From positions 2,697 through 66,696 of the forward strand of contig DAHXMW010000010.1 of NCBI GenBank assembly GCA_027371545.1: a stretch of 64,000 nt of DNA. The letters are read 5' to 3'. Within the stretch, counting starts at the first letter, position 1. Every line of letters starts with the position of its first letter. This DNA comes from Candidatus Micrarchaeota archaeon (GTDB taxonomy: Archaea; Micrarchaeota; Micrarchaeia; Micrarchaeales; CABMGC01). Below, in pieces: positions 9,461 to 19,106 of the stretch. The notes beneath the pieces were generated by a model. That model made no database searches. It had not been told where the DNA came from and worked only from the letters and a program-made list of their open reading frames with translations. Both the position numbers and the translations under genes were made by a program.

Positions 9461-9547
9461 TGCCGCAGGCAGGATTTGAACCGGCGACATTCCGCTTGCT
9501 GAAAGAATTCTTCAGGCGGACGCTCTCCCGAGCTGAGCTACTGCGGC
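9461..9547 (-). tRNA. tRNA-Phe (GAA) with a 13-nt intron
   Basis: The reverse complement folds by hand into a cloverleaf:
- acceptor GCCGCAG/CTGCGGC
- D stem GCTC/GAGC
- anticodon stem TCCGC/GCGGA, loop CT-GAA-G[intron]A
- T loop TTCAAAT, discriminator A

There is one C-U mismatch in the T stem. Confidence 0.8.
9497..9509 (-). other. tRNA-Phe intron (canonical 37/38 position)
   Basis: 13 extra nt (AATTCTTTCAGCA) lie between anticodon-loop G37 and A38. The exact splice borders could shift by 1 nt. Confidence 0.6.
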
Positions 9548-9601
9548 ACGGTTAAAAGCTTTTATTTCAATCTTTATAAACATTTAGTTGATTGTGGTTG
9601 T

Positions 9602-11158
9602 TTGGTTGTCGATGAAAAATGGGCCGCTATAGGAAAGGCGCACGAATTGCTTGCGCTTGACGGGCTTGAATACAGGGAATATCAGGCGTCTATCTTAATA
9701 TCAATATTCTCAATGGGGAATTCGCTGGTTATACTTCCCACTGGACTCGGAAAGACGCTTATAGGCGCAGGTGTCTGCGCCAGATCGATGGCTATGGGGA
9801 AGAAGGCGCTCTTCCTTGCACCAACAAAACCGCTTGTGGAACAGCATTATGCAAGCCTTTCCTCGCTGATAAGGCATGATGGGAATGAAGTCGCAATGCT
9901 CGTAGGTTCAGTGGGGAAAGAGGAGCGGGAAAAGGTGCTCGCTATGGCTAGAGTAATTATAGCGACCCCACAGACTGTTGCAAACGAACTGAGGAAGGGC
10001 ACGATGTCGCTGGAAGGGTTTGGCTCGGTTGTTTTTGACGAATGCCATAGGGCTGTAGGAAGATATGCCTATACGTATATTGCAAATGAGTGCAAGCTTC
10101 GCGGCATACTTACTGTAGGGTTGACTGCTTCACCTGGCAGCGACAGGAAGCGGGTTAATGCGCTGGTTGATGCGCTTGGTATACAAAATATAGAGATTAG
10201 GTCCTCCTCCGATCCGGATGTTGTAAGGTATGTGATGCCAAAATACGTCCACATATCAGAGGTGGAGACCGGACCTACGGTAAATATGATTGCAGGGCTG
10301 CTTAAACCAGAGATGGACAAGGGAGTGGCCACCCTAAACAGATTTGGCCTTGGCAGATTCAAGTTCTTCTTCGGGATACCTAAAGGCAGGATTATAGCAA
10401 TTGGAAGGGAGATAGAAGGGATCAAGGATACTGGCTACAAGTATGCAGCAGTGGCTGCATACGTCAAGCTTCTTAATGCATCACATGCCTATGATCTCGT
10501 AACAACAGAAGGGATCTACCCTTTCCACAGCTATATAGAATCGCTTTACATGAAGGAGGGGAAGAGCAGGAGCCTTGAGACCTTACTTAAGGAGCCGAAC
10601 ATAATAAAGGCGCGTGAGGTTGCAGCCGGAGCGGTAAAAAGGGGGGAAGAGCATCCGAAGGTAATAAGGCTTATAAGCATACTCAAGGACTGCAGGGGTA
10701 AGAAATCCATAGTCTTCGCTCAGTACAGGTCAACAATAAAGATGCTGGTTGACTTCCTCTCAAACAATGATTTCAGAGCGAGAGCATTCGTTGGAAAGAA
10801 GCATGGGATTACGCAGTTTGACCAGAAGGAGATAGTGGAGGGGTTCAGGGCCGGGAAATTTGACGTCCTTGTTGCCAGCTCGATAGGCGAGGAGGGACTT
10901 GACATACCTTCAGTGGATAATGTGATATTCTATGAGCCTATACCTAATGAAATAAGGAATATACAGAGGAGGGGCAGGGCTGGGAGGATAAGCGCGGGAA
11001 CCATCTACATAATAGCTGCAAGAGGCACGAAAGACCAGATATACTTAAGGGTCTCGGAAAGGAAGGAGCTGAAGATGGCAGATATAGTAAAGAGGGTTGG
11101 GGCAGAGCTTAGGGAGAAGAATGCAAGGAGCACCGCACTCGGGCAGGCGAGATTGTAG
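9602..11158 (+). CDS. Hef/Mph1/FANCM-type superfamily 2 helicase (helicase-only, no ERCC4 nuclease domain)
   Basis: YREYQ, PTGLGKT (motif I), VFDECHRAV (DECH), TASPG and QRRGRAGR (motif VI). TTG start in the ORF track. The ORF ends right after the helicase core. Confidence 0.8.
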   Translation: MVVDEKWAAIGKAHELLALDGLEYREYQASILISIFSMGNSLVILPTGLGKTLIGAGVCARSMAMGKKALFLAPTKPLVEQHYASLSSLIRHDGNEVAMLVGSVGKEEREKVLAMARVIIATPQTVANELRKGTMSLEGFGSVVFDECHRAVGRYAYTYIANECKLRGILTVGLTASPGSDRKRVNALVDALGIQNIEIRSSSDPDVVRYVMPKYVHISEVETGPTVNMIAGLLKPEMDKGVATLNRFGLGRFKFFFGIPKGRIIAIGREIEGIKDTGYKYAAVAAYVKLLNASHAYDLVTTEGIYPFHSYIESLYMKEGKSRSLETLLKEPNIIKAREVAAGAVKRGEEHPKVIRLISILKDCRGKKSIVFAQYRSTIKMLVDFLSNNDFRARAFVGKKHGITQFDQKEIVEGFRAGKFDVLVASSIGEEGLDIPSVDNVIFYEPIPNEIRNIQRRGRAGRISAGTIYIIAARGTKDQIYLRVSERKELKMADIVKRVGAELREKNARSTALGQARL

Positions 11159-11178
11159 CGCAGTTATTTTAACTTTGC

Positions 11179-12432
11179 ATGAGTAGTTTTTGCATGCCTC
11201 TTTCTGATAAGTTTTCGCCGAAGAGCCTTGCCGGGATTGTCGGCAATAGAAGCGCGGTAGAAGCCCTGCTTGCTTTCAGTGCGGAAGTCCAAGAAGGCAA
11301 GATTCCAAGGCCCATTATCCTGCATGGGCCTACGGGAACTGGGAAGACTAGCGCAGCGCGCGCTGTCGCATATTCGAATGGTTTTGATATAATAGAGCTA
11401 AGCGCAAGTGATTACAGGGACGAAGAGAGCCTGAGGAGGAAGCTGCTTCCTGCCGGATCGAACATGAGCCTTTTCAAGACTAAAATGCTGATAATACTTG
11501 ATGAGATTGATGAACTCTCGCCTAAATTTGACTCTGGAGCCGAGAAGATAATAGTGAAGCTGGTCAAGACTTCTAAGCAGCCGATAATAATGACGGCAAA
11601 TAATTACTGGGCAAGAAGCATTGCCTTCCTCAGGGCTATAACCAAACCCGTCGAATTCAAGAGGCCCGGAGTATCGGAAGTCTCAGCCGCACTGACAAGG
11701 ATTGTTGGCGAGGAGCACCTAAACGTAAGCGCAGAGGTGGTGGAGGCAATAGCCAGACGGAACAACGGGGATATAAGAGGTGCAATAAATGATCTTGAGG
11801 CCTGCGATGGGATGGGAGAGGAGATGCTCCAATGGCTTGGGGTGCGCGAGAGGAAGGTGGAGATATTCGGGCTCCTTGATAAGATATTCCTCTCTGAAAA
11901 TTTCGATGCCGCAAGGCTTGCTCTGGCCAACAGCGACGTTGACATGGACATGGTAATGAACTGGGTAGATGAAAACATACCGAACAGGTTCTCTTCGCGT
12001 GATGGTCTCAGGGACGGCTATGCACAGCTTTCATGCGCTAGCAGGTTCTCCAACCTTGCCTCAAGGACATCTTATTACGGCTACCTCCGCTATGCAAGCG
12101 TTGTGATGTCTTCAGGCGTTGCGATATCATCGCATGGAAGGATAAGCATGCTCAAGTCTTATGCATTTCCTTCTACGGTGAAGAGCCTAAGTGCGAGCAA
12201 GCGCGACAGGGGAGACATACTTGGAATAACAAATACACTGTCGAAGAAACTGCATACGGATAGGAAGAAGATAGCGAATGATTACCTGCCGCTTCTCAGA
12301 AGATTGATTGCCGCAGAAGCTAAGGGAGGGCTGGAGAGGGAGGCATTTGAATTCTACGAGTCAAAGTACGGCCTCGAGAAGAAGGATCTTGAATTCATAA
12401 TGGAGTATTACAAGTATTATGACATGAAGTAG
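11179..12432 (+). CDS. rfcL: Replication factor C large subunit-like AAA+ ATPase
   Basis: KFSPKSLAGIVGN, Walker A LHGPTGTGKTS, Walker B IILDEIDEL and sensor region GDIRGAINDLE. Archaeal RFC-large organisation. Confidence 0.7.
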   Translation: MSSFCMPLSDKFSPKSLAGIVGNRSAVEALLAFSAEVQEGKIPRPIILHGPTGTGKTSAARAVAYSNGFDIIELSASDYRDEESLRRKLLPAGSNMSLFKTKMLIILDEIDELSPKFDSGAEKIIVKLVKTSKQPIIMTANNYWARSIAFLRAITKPVEFKRPGVSEVSAALTRIVGEEHLNVSAEVVEAIARRNNGDIRGAINDLEACDGMGEEMLQWLGVRERKVEIFGLLDKIFLSENFDAARLALANSDVDMDMVMNWVDENIPNRFSSRDGLRDGYAQLSCASRFSNLASRTSYYGYLRYASVVMSSGVAISSHGRISMLKSYAFPSTVKSLSASKRDRGDILGITNTLSKKLHTDRKKIANDYLPLLRRLIAAEAKGGLEREAFEFYESKYGLEKKDLEFIMEYYKYYDMK

Positions 12433-14079
12433 CTATATCCCTAGCACTTCCGAGAGGTTTATCTCAAGACAGGTTGTAGGCTCTTCTATCTTGAATCCTG
12501 TCAGTACCTTGGGATGAATTTCTCCAAGCATTCCAACTGTTTTCTCGCCTTTCTTTATATATGCAGATCGCCCTTGTATGAAGCTTCCGTGAGATGCGGC
12601 AGAGAGCGAGAGCCCCATCCCAAATGCAGAATTTATCGAGAGGAAGAGAGCTTTCGCATCGTTGAAGTTGGCCTTTGAATCGGTAGATACGGCGCATATG
12701 TGCATATCCTCGTGGAGAGCTCCACCTCCGATTTCAAATGCAGAATCTATCTCAAAGAGGTTATATGGCATCTTCTCCGTTAGCGACATTGAGACATTTT
12801 TCAGAAGTGAAGGCAGCAGCCACGTCCGCATCATAGTCAGGTTCTCTGCCTTTGGATTCTTTAGTTTTATGTACTCTTTGTCAGGATGCAGATTCATAAG
12901 TCCATAGTTGCTATGCTCGTTTGTAAGGAGCGTGTTCATCATCTCGCTGAAGCCCAAGCCTACCATGTATAACGCAAGCCTGTCTATGGTAGCTGTTGAC
13001 TTTGCAAGGCTTCCTGGCAATGACGTGAGAACTGGAGACGGGTTTATGTAGTCATATCCGTAGGCTATCGCTATATCTTCAACTATATCCTGGTAATTCA
13101 GCACGTCTGTTCTGTATTCTGGTACCTCGAAAGTTACCCTCTTCCCGGTGTAATATGCCTCGTATCCTGCCTTGTTGGCAAGAGATATTATGTTTGAGGC
13201 GCCTATCTTCATGCCTATCTCGCGTTCAATCTCGGTTAGGTTTATGGTTATCTTATCTCTCTCCATCAGGGGGAATGTTTTCGACTTTGATCCGTAATCA
13301 ACTGAAACCCTGCCTGCCTTTGCACCCATGTCCATAAGCGAGCATGCCAGTACATCGGGGAATTTGTCTATAACGTATTCCGATGTGCCAGTTATGTCTA
13401 TCAGTATATTTTTAGTTGAGCGGCTTAGCCTCGTCCTTTCCGAATTTATTATTGGTATCAGGGCTATTGCACCCTTCTCGTCTTCAAGCACAGGGTAGAT
13501 TCCTTCATGCGGCCCCAGGACTTGGGAGTATTTGAGCCCCTGGTCTGTTGTTTTCATTATCTCCGCATATGTTTTTTCAGACGATTCGTTGAGCGCCTTG
13601 AGGCTGCCTTCACTGCGGAATGCATATGTAAGGGTGCCTTCTATCTTATCGAGATCGTGTATACCTATAGCCATCTTTCTCCTTCCCCTGCCGTATACAT
13701 CGCATAGCTTGTCAGTGAAGTTTATCAGGTTTGTTATCTTCTCCTCGTCAAGAGAGAGACCAGTTGCAACAAGACCAGATATGAAAGGGCGGAGCCTTGA
13801 TACGGATTTGTCAACTTTTATCTCTTCGATGGGCTTTGCATCTTCTAAAGAATAGGAGAATCCCTTCTTCTTGTGAAGGAAATAGCGCATCGCCCTTGCG
13901 AACCCTACTGCATCAAGAAGCTCTGGCCTGTTTGGAGTGATCTCCACGGTGATCTCATCCTCAGTAATCTCCGCTGCCTCAAAGCCGAGCTTTGATATAT
14001 ACGATGATATGGTGTCGTCTTCCATATCCTCGCCTATCATGCTTATTAGATATTTCTTGTTGAATTTTATTGAAGGCAT
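12433..14079 (-). CDS. pheT: Phenylalanine--tRNA ligase beta subunit
   Basis: 548 aa, immediately downstream of pheS (4-nt gap). N-terminal MPSIKFNKKYL... and the overall archaeal PheT layout. Confidence 0.88.
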   Translation of the reverse strand: MPSIKFNKKYLISMIGEDMEDDTISSYISKLGFEAAEITEDEITVEITPNRPELLDAVGFARAMRYFLHKKKGFSYSLEDAKPIEEIKVDKSVSRLRPFISGLVATGLSLDEEKITNLINFTDKLCDVYGRGRRKMAIGIHDLDKIEGTLTYAFRSEGSLKALNESSEKTYAEIMKTTDQGLKYSQVLGPHEGIYPVLEDEKGAIALIPIINSERTRLSRSTKNILIDITGTSEYVIDKFPDVLACSLMDMGAKAGRVSVDYGSKSKTFPLMERDKITINLTEIEREIGMKIGASNIISLANKAGYEAYYTGKRVTFEVPEYRTDVLNYQDIVEDIAIAYGYDYINPSPVLTSLPGSLAKSTATIDRLALYMVGLGFSEMMNTLLTNEHSNYGLMNLHPDKEYIKLKNPKAENLTMMRTWLLPSLLKNVSMSLTEKMPYNLFEIDSAFEIGGGALHEDMHICAVSTDSKANFNDAKALFLSINSAFGMGLSLSAASHGSFIQGRSAYIKKGEKTVGMLGEIHPKVLTGFKIEEPTTCLEINLSEVLGI

Positions 14080-14083
14080 TCTA

Positions 14084-15541
14084 TTACCAATCCGATTTTG
14101 ATGATATTCCGATGCCTGAATTATAGAGCTCGGATATCCCGTTAAGCTTGCGGTTTCTTATAAGCAGTATCCTCTCAACTCCAGCACCCCAGGCAAGTAC
14201 GCTTATGCTTGAGCGCTTTAATCCTGTTATTTCCTTCCTTATTATCCCAGAGCCGCCAAGCTCGACCATCTCCCCACTCTTGGCTAGAAGGGCGTAAAAT
14301 TCTGCGCCGGGCTCGACGAATGGGAAGTAAGAAGGCTTGAAGGTAATCTTTATCCCCATTGACGAATAGATCTTTATCAGTGTGTCGAAAAGGTTGGAGA
14401 GAGTAAGTTTCTTTCCTATTATTATACCGTCGTGCATGTAGAAATCTGCAAGGTGCTTGTAGTCTATATTCTCATTCCTGAATATTCTTCCTATGGAAAA
14501 TAGCTTTATCGGCAGATTGTACGATCCTGGGTTCTTGCGTATCTCATTTATTATCCGGTATATGTAGCGCGATGATACGCTTGTGGTATGCGTACGCAGC
14601 ATTGCAGACTCCGCAACGTGCCTATTCCACCCTGACTTCCATGAACCTATGTGTGCACGCCTGACGGTTTTTTCGTATTCTTGCTCGTAATCAAGATGTT
14701 CTGGATGCGATAGGTAAAAGGTGTCCTGGACATCTCTCGCAGGGTGGTCCTGTGGAACGAATAGGGAGTCAAAGACCCAGAATGCAGGCTCTACCATCGG
14801 CCCAGACACCTCAGAGAATCCCATTGATAGGTATGCTTTTTTTATCTCCGATATGGTCTCACGGAGCGGGTGCCTTCTTGCTGCGCGTGCAGGTTCCACA
14901 GGTGCATCAATCTCGTAAGGCTTGAAATTTTTCCCTTCCCATGCGCCTCCTGATATTATGCCCCTTGTCAGCTGGCCTATCGAGTCATCTGATATTAAGG
15001 GTGCCTTCATCCCATTCTCGGTTATTGATATGCGCGTTATTCTGGATTCGGAATGCTGCCTTACAAGACCCCTCTTTAGAAGGTTACCGAGAGCTTCTGA
15101 TTCTGCACCGTAATCCGCATCCCCATTGGCAAGCTTTCTTAGTAAGTCTCCCTCTTTGGAGTGGAAATGCTGCGGGGCTTTTTGTGATAGCCTTGCAACG
15201 CCATCTGTTATCTCTATCAAGCCTGCTCTTTTAAGCCATGTAAGCCCTATCTGTGCCTTCTTGCCGGATATGGATGCGATTTTCACACCATTTCTTTCTT
15301 GCAGCTCTGCGAATAGTTCTTCCTCTGGCATCTTCCCTTTTGCGTATTCCTTGCCTTCTTCGGTAACAGGGTATCTCTGTTCCTCTTTCTTCTCTACTTC
15401 AACTAACCCTTTTTCCTTAAGGTTCTCTAGCGCCCAGAGCAGCGATCCGCTATCCAAGCTGCACTTTTCTGAGAGGTGTTCCAAGGAGCAGCTTTTCTCC
15501 TTCTGCAGAACGGACAATATGGATATCTCATGCCTGTGCAT
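14084..15541 (-). CDS. pheS: Phenylalanine--tRNA ligase alpha subunit
   Basis: N-terminal winged-helix repeats. Class II core includes PQDHPARDVQDTFY, IGRIFRNENIDYKHLADF (motif 2) and AWGAGVERILL (motif 3). Confidence 0.9.
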   Translation of the reverse strand: MHRHEISILSVLQKEKSCSLEHLSEKCSLDSGSLLWALENLKEKGLVEVEKKEEQRYPVTEEGKEYAKGKMPEEELFAELQERNGVKIASISGKKAQIGLTWLKRAGLIEITDGVARLSQKAPQHFHSKEGDLLRKLANGDADYGAESEALGNLLKRGLVRQHSESRITRISITENGMKAPLISDDSIGQLTRGIISGGAWEGKNFKPYEIDAPVEPARAARRHPLRETISEIKKAYLSMGFSEVSGPMVEPAFWVFDSLFVPQDHPARDVQDTFYLSHPEHLDYEQEYEKTVRRAHIGSWKSGWNRHVAESAMLRTHTTSVSSRYIYRIINEIRKNPGSYNLPIKLFSIGRIFRNENIDYKHLADFYMHDGIIIGKKLTLSNLFDTLIKIYSSMGIKITFKPSYFPFVEPGAEFYALLAKSGEMVELGGSGIIRKEITGLKRSSISVLAWGAGVERILLIRNRKLNGISELYNSGIGISSKSDW

Positions 15542-15553
15542 TTGCCATCTCCT

Positions 15554-16330
15554 TCAGGATACCTTCTTGTATATGTAGAATACGAGCAGGGCTACTGCGA
15601 TTATTACCACTGCGTATATTATGCCGCTGTATTTTTCGTATAGGTTTGTGAAGTAATTGGTAACCTCAGCCTGTAGGGATTCGGTAACTACATAGTTAAA
15701 GACAAACTTGGATAACGTCTCTGAGTAATACCAAGAAAACATTGTTGCATTGCCGTATTGCCCGTTCAGGTTTGGAGTGGGGTAATCCGGCGAGGGGTAT
15801 ACGGAGAGTATTGATGCGGAATTTGGTATTATCATGTTGAGCCTCGCGTTTGAGAAGAGCTGCTCGCCGCTTGCAGTATGCTCAAAATTTAGTGCGCTGC
15901 TATTGAAAAAATACTCAAACCTGCGCGGCCCTATCGGCTTGATATACGTTATGTTGTTCGCGATGTAGCTCATGGTGAGGGTGGCTTCGCCGCCCGATGT
16001 GCCCACGATTAATACGGGACCTGGGAGGAATGTGAAATTCGAGATGCTTGATCTGGGGTTTAGTATGTGGGGCGTAAGCAGCGTTGTGCCGAGTTCCGAG
16101 TTCCAGTTATTGAGGGAGAGGTTCAGTGCAGCCCTGTCGGCCTTGTACTGCTGTATGGATGAATTGCTTACGAATAAGGTAAGCACTTCGACTACTTTTC
16201 CGCTGGTATTCGTACTAAGCGTGACTGTTGTGTTGAGCTTCAGGACCTCAAAGTAGGCATAAGACTGGGTTAGCGAAACTAATAAAAGGATAAAAGTCAA
16301 GAGGATATACGGACTCTTCACAGGGTTCAC
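15554..16330 (-). CDS. Secreted/membrane-anchored sequon-rich protein (hypothetical)
   Basis: N-terminal signal-like segment ILLTFILLLVSLTQSYA and C-terminal TM IIYAVVIIAVALLVFYIY. Many N-x-S/T sites (NTT, NTS, NSS, NLS, NFT, NIT, NSS, NAT). Confidence 0.55.
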   Translation of the reverse strand: MNPVKSPYILLTFILLLVSLTQSYAYFEVLKLNTTVTLSTNTSGKVVEVLTLFVSNSSIQQYKADRAALNLSLNNWNSELGTTLLTPHILNPRSSISNFTFLPGPVLIVGTSGGEATLTMSYIANNITYIKPIGPRRFEYFFNSSALNFEHTASGEQLFSNARLNMIIPNSASILSVYPSPDYPTPNLNGQYGNATMFSWYYSETLSKFVFNYVVTESLQAEVTNYFTNLYEKYSGIIYAVVIIAVALLVFYIYKKVS

Positions 16331-16414
16331 CTGAATTCCAGCACGTTATAAATTTTTAAAACATAAATAGTTATAGGTTAGTATCTTTAAGTGAAAAATG
16401 GCAGAGGCATTGTT

Positions 16415-16843
16415 ATGAAGAAGGATATTGAGAACAAGCTACTTGCGGTTGTTAGGATACGTGGCAGGGTAGGAACTAGAAGGGACATAAACGAGACGCT
16501 TTCGAGGTTAGGTCTGAAGAGTCCTAACAATCTTGTCGTTGTTTACGGGACTAAATCCATACTCGGCATGATCTCTAAGTGCAACGACTTCGTTACATAT
16601 GGGGAGGTTGACAGGAAGGGATTTGAACTTATCGCAAAGAAAACAAAGGCCACATTTGACGAAGAGACATTTAAATCAGTATCTGAAGGGAAGAAGAACG
16701 TGAAGGATATAATAAAGATGCCCGTGAGGATGAATCCGCCTAGAAAAGGTTATGAGAGCACGAAGAAGGGTTATTCGGAAGGCGGGGCTTCGGGTTACAG
16801 AGGAGAGAAGATAAACGAGCTTATAGGTAGGATGGCAAGGTAG
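16415..16843 (+). CDS. rpl30p: 50S ribosomal protein L30 (uL30)
   Basis: LAVVRIRGRVGTRRDINETLSRLGLKSPNNLVVV...GMISKCNDFVTYGEV is the typical uL30 core. The start was set at ATG 16415 rather than the upstream GTG. Confidence 0.85.
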   Translation: MKKDIENKLLAVVRIRGRVGTRRDINETLSRLGLKSPNNLVVVYGTKSILGMISKCNDFVTYGEVDRKGFELIAKKTKATFDEETFKSVSEGKKNVKDIIKMPVRMNPPRKGYESTKKGYSEGGASGYRGEKINELIGRMAR

Positions 16844-16848
16844 ATTGT

Positions 16849-17250
16849 ATGGTTTTAAGGCAAAAAAAGAAGTCTAGAAAATTCCTGGGATCGCGCAGAT
16901 GGGGCGTAGGCAACATAAAGAATGCCAGAGGAAAGGGGAGCAGGGGAGGAGTCGGAAAAGGCGGCCGGAAGGGTAAATTTACATATGCTGTCAAGTATGA
17001 CAAGGAAAGGATAAGGAGCAAGGGATTTGCAAAATGGAAGGCGCGAAATCTTCAGGAGACCAATCTCGACAGAATATCCAAGGTTGTGGAGAAGATGGAT
17101 GGAGAGAAGCCTGTGTTAGAGCTAAGAGGTTATAAGGTTCTCAGCAATGGAAGGCTGAGCAAGCCGTGCACGATTAAAGCGTCAGCATTCTCCAAGGGCG
17201 CACTTGAGAAGATAGGCGAGGCTAAGGGAGAGGCGGTAACGCTAGAGTAG
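16849..17250 (+). CDS. rpl15p: 50S ribosomal protein L15 (uL15)
   Basis: KSRKFLGSRRWGVGNIKNARGKGSRGGVGKGG is the Gly/Arg-rich uL15 N-terminus. It follows L30, as in the conserved ribosomal protein order. Confidence 0.85.
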   Translation: MVLRQKKKSRKFLGSRRWGVGNIKNARGKGSRGGVGKGGRKGKFTYAVKYDKERIRSKGFAKWKARNLQETNLDRISKVVEKMDGEKPVLELRGYKVLSNGRLSKPCTIKASAFSKGALEKIGEAKGEAVTLE

Positions 17251-17261
17251 CCCGTGTATTC

Positions 17262-18425
17262 ATGGATAAGTTGAGTATCGCTTTCTACACTGATTCTTAT
17301 CTTCCCGGAACGGATGGGGTTGTAACATCTATAGTGAATTTCAAGAAGGGTCTCGAGAAGAAGGGGCATAGAGTATACATATTCGCAAGCAGCAACATGC
17401 AGGGCACGAAGATGCTGCGGGAGAGGAATGTCTTTTTTTACCAGGGAATAGAGTTTAAGCCTTATCCGCAGTACAGCGTAGCGTTATTCCCGTATAACTC
17501 CATGCTCAAGGTAAAGGGCCTTGGGATAGATATAGTTCATTCGCAGACACCTTTTATGATGGGCTTCGCAGGGCTCATATCGGCAAAGATGCTCAGGCTG
17601 CCATTGGTTGGGTCTTTCCATACGATGATAATAGGGAATAAGCCTGTGCGCGACTATTATTACCCAAAGAATGGCGGGCTCAGGAAGATAGCGGAGAAGT
17701 CTATGAAAGGTTATATCAGCTACTTTTACGGAAAGTGTGACGTGGTAATTTCCCCTTCTGAGACGGTCAAGAACATACTTGCAAGATACAGAGTAAAGAA
17801 TTCGGTCGTAGTGCCTAATTCGGTGGATATGGAGAGATTCAACCCCAGGGTGCGCGGAAGCTCAGTACGCGAGGAACTTGGAATAAAGGATGGGCAGAAG
17901 GTTGTTCTATCCATCAGCAGGATGAGCAGGGAGAAGAAGATAGAGGTGCTTCTTAAGGCTGCAAGGGAAGTGATAAAGAGGCGCAATGACGTGGTCTTTG
18001 TGATAGGCGGAACAGGCCCTGCAGAGGCATACTACAGAAGCCTTGCTGAGAAGCTGAAGCTTGGGGATAAGGTAAGGTTCCTTGGCTATGTAGATAAGAA
18101 AAGGCTGCCGCAGGTGTACGCAGCTTCGGACATGTTCTGCATGCCCTCGACATTTGAGACGCAGGGGATCGTGCTTCTCGAAGCTATGGCCTTGGGCAAG
18201 CCAGCCGTTGGTGCGGATTACATGGCAATAAACGACATAATAAAGGATGGGGTAAACGGAGAAAGGTTTATGCATGACAACTACCTTGACTGCGCACGTA
18301 AGATAGGAAAGGTTTTAAATAATTGTGCAGCTTATAGAAATGGTGCGATAGAGACAGCAAGGAAGTTTTCTATTGACAGGCTGACCGAACAGCTAATTAA
18401 AGCGTATAAGATAGCATTAGATTAA
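17262..18425 (+). CDS. Glycosyltransferase family 4 (GT-B fold)
   Basis: N-terminal FYTDSYLPGTDGV. C-terminal FCMPSTFETQGIVLLEAMALGKPAVG is the E-x7-E region of GT4/GT1 enzymes. Confidence 0.8.
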   Translation: MDKLSIAFYTDSYLPGTDGVVTSIVNFKKGLEKKGHRVYIFASSNMQGTKMLRERNVFFYQGIEFKPYPQYSVALFPYNSMLKVKGLGIDIVHSQTPFMMGFAGLISAKMLRLPLVGSFHTMIIGNKPVRDYYYPKNGGLRKIAEKSMKGYISYFYGKCDVVISPSETVKNILARYRVKNSVVVPNSVDMERFNPRVRGSSVREELGIKDGQKVVLSISRMSREKKIEVLLKAAREVIKRRNDVVFVIGGTGPAEAYYRSLAEKLKLGDKVRFLGYVDKKRLPQVYAASDMFCMPSTFETQGIVLLEAMALGKPAVGADYMAINDIIKDGVNGERFMHDNYLDCARKIGKVLNNCAAYRNGAIETARKFSIDRLTEQLIKAYKIALD

Positions 18426-18485
18426 GGCGATTTACTGGATAGTACAGAGAATACACCTGTTGTTGATGCAGAAAAGGCAGCTGCG

Positions 18486-19106
18486 GTGCCAGAGCAGCCT
18501 AAGAGCCCAAAGGAGCAGGAAATAGATAATATAAGGAAGGGCATAGATGAGGAGAGGCTCAGCAGGTCGAAGATAATAGACGAGATAAAGAGGCAGCGGC
18601 GCAGGATAGCCTATAAGCTTGACGAGAAACAGGCAGTGGCAAAGCTTGTCGAGATGAACAAGGATACAGCGAAGAACATAGGCTACCTGAAGAGAAAGAA
18701 GGAGCAGATAGAATTTAAGATAACCACAGAAGCATACACGCTTGAGATAGAGAAGCAGCTTCTGAGGAAAAAGAGCGAGATAGACAGCGAGCTTGACGAG
18801 GCATACAAGAGCTACAGGCTGAGGAAGAAGGCAGAGTATATAGACGGCGACATAGAGGCATTGGCGAAAAGCATAGAGGAACTCGAGAAGAAGATAGAGG
18901 AGAGCGACAAGAAACTTGACGAGCTTTATTCCAATTTAAGGAGGCTTAGCGGCGCACAGAAGAGGAAGGAACAGGAGAGGCATGGGGGAAAGAAACAGAT
19001 TGAAGAGCCAAAGAAGATGGAGATAAGTCTTGAGGACATTGCGGTTATAAAGAAGGACAAGAAAGGCGCGGCGCAGCAACTCCAGCATGATGCGGAGAGT
19101 GTTTAG
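18486..19106 (+). CDS. Lys/Glu-rich coiled-coil protein (archaeal coiled-coil family-like)
   Basis: 206 aa dominated by K/E/R/L heptad-like sequence (IEELEKKIEESDKKLDELYSNLRRL). It abuts the beta-CASP RNase gene with no intervening base. Confidence 0.55.
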   Translation: MPEQPKSPKEQEIDNIRKGIDEERLSRSKIIDEIKRQRRRIAYKLDEKQAVAKLVEMNKDTAKNIGYLKRKKEQIEFKITTEAYTLEIEKQLLRKKSEIDSELDEAYKSYRLRKKAEYIDGDIEALAKSIEELEKKIEESDKKLDELYSNLRRLSGAQKRKEQERHGGKKQIEEPKKMEISLEDIAVIKKDKKGAAQQLQHDAESV

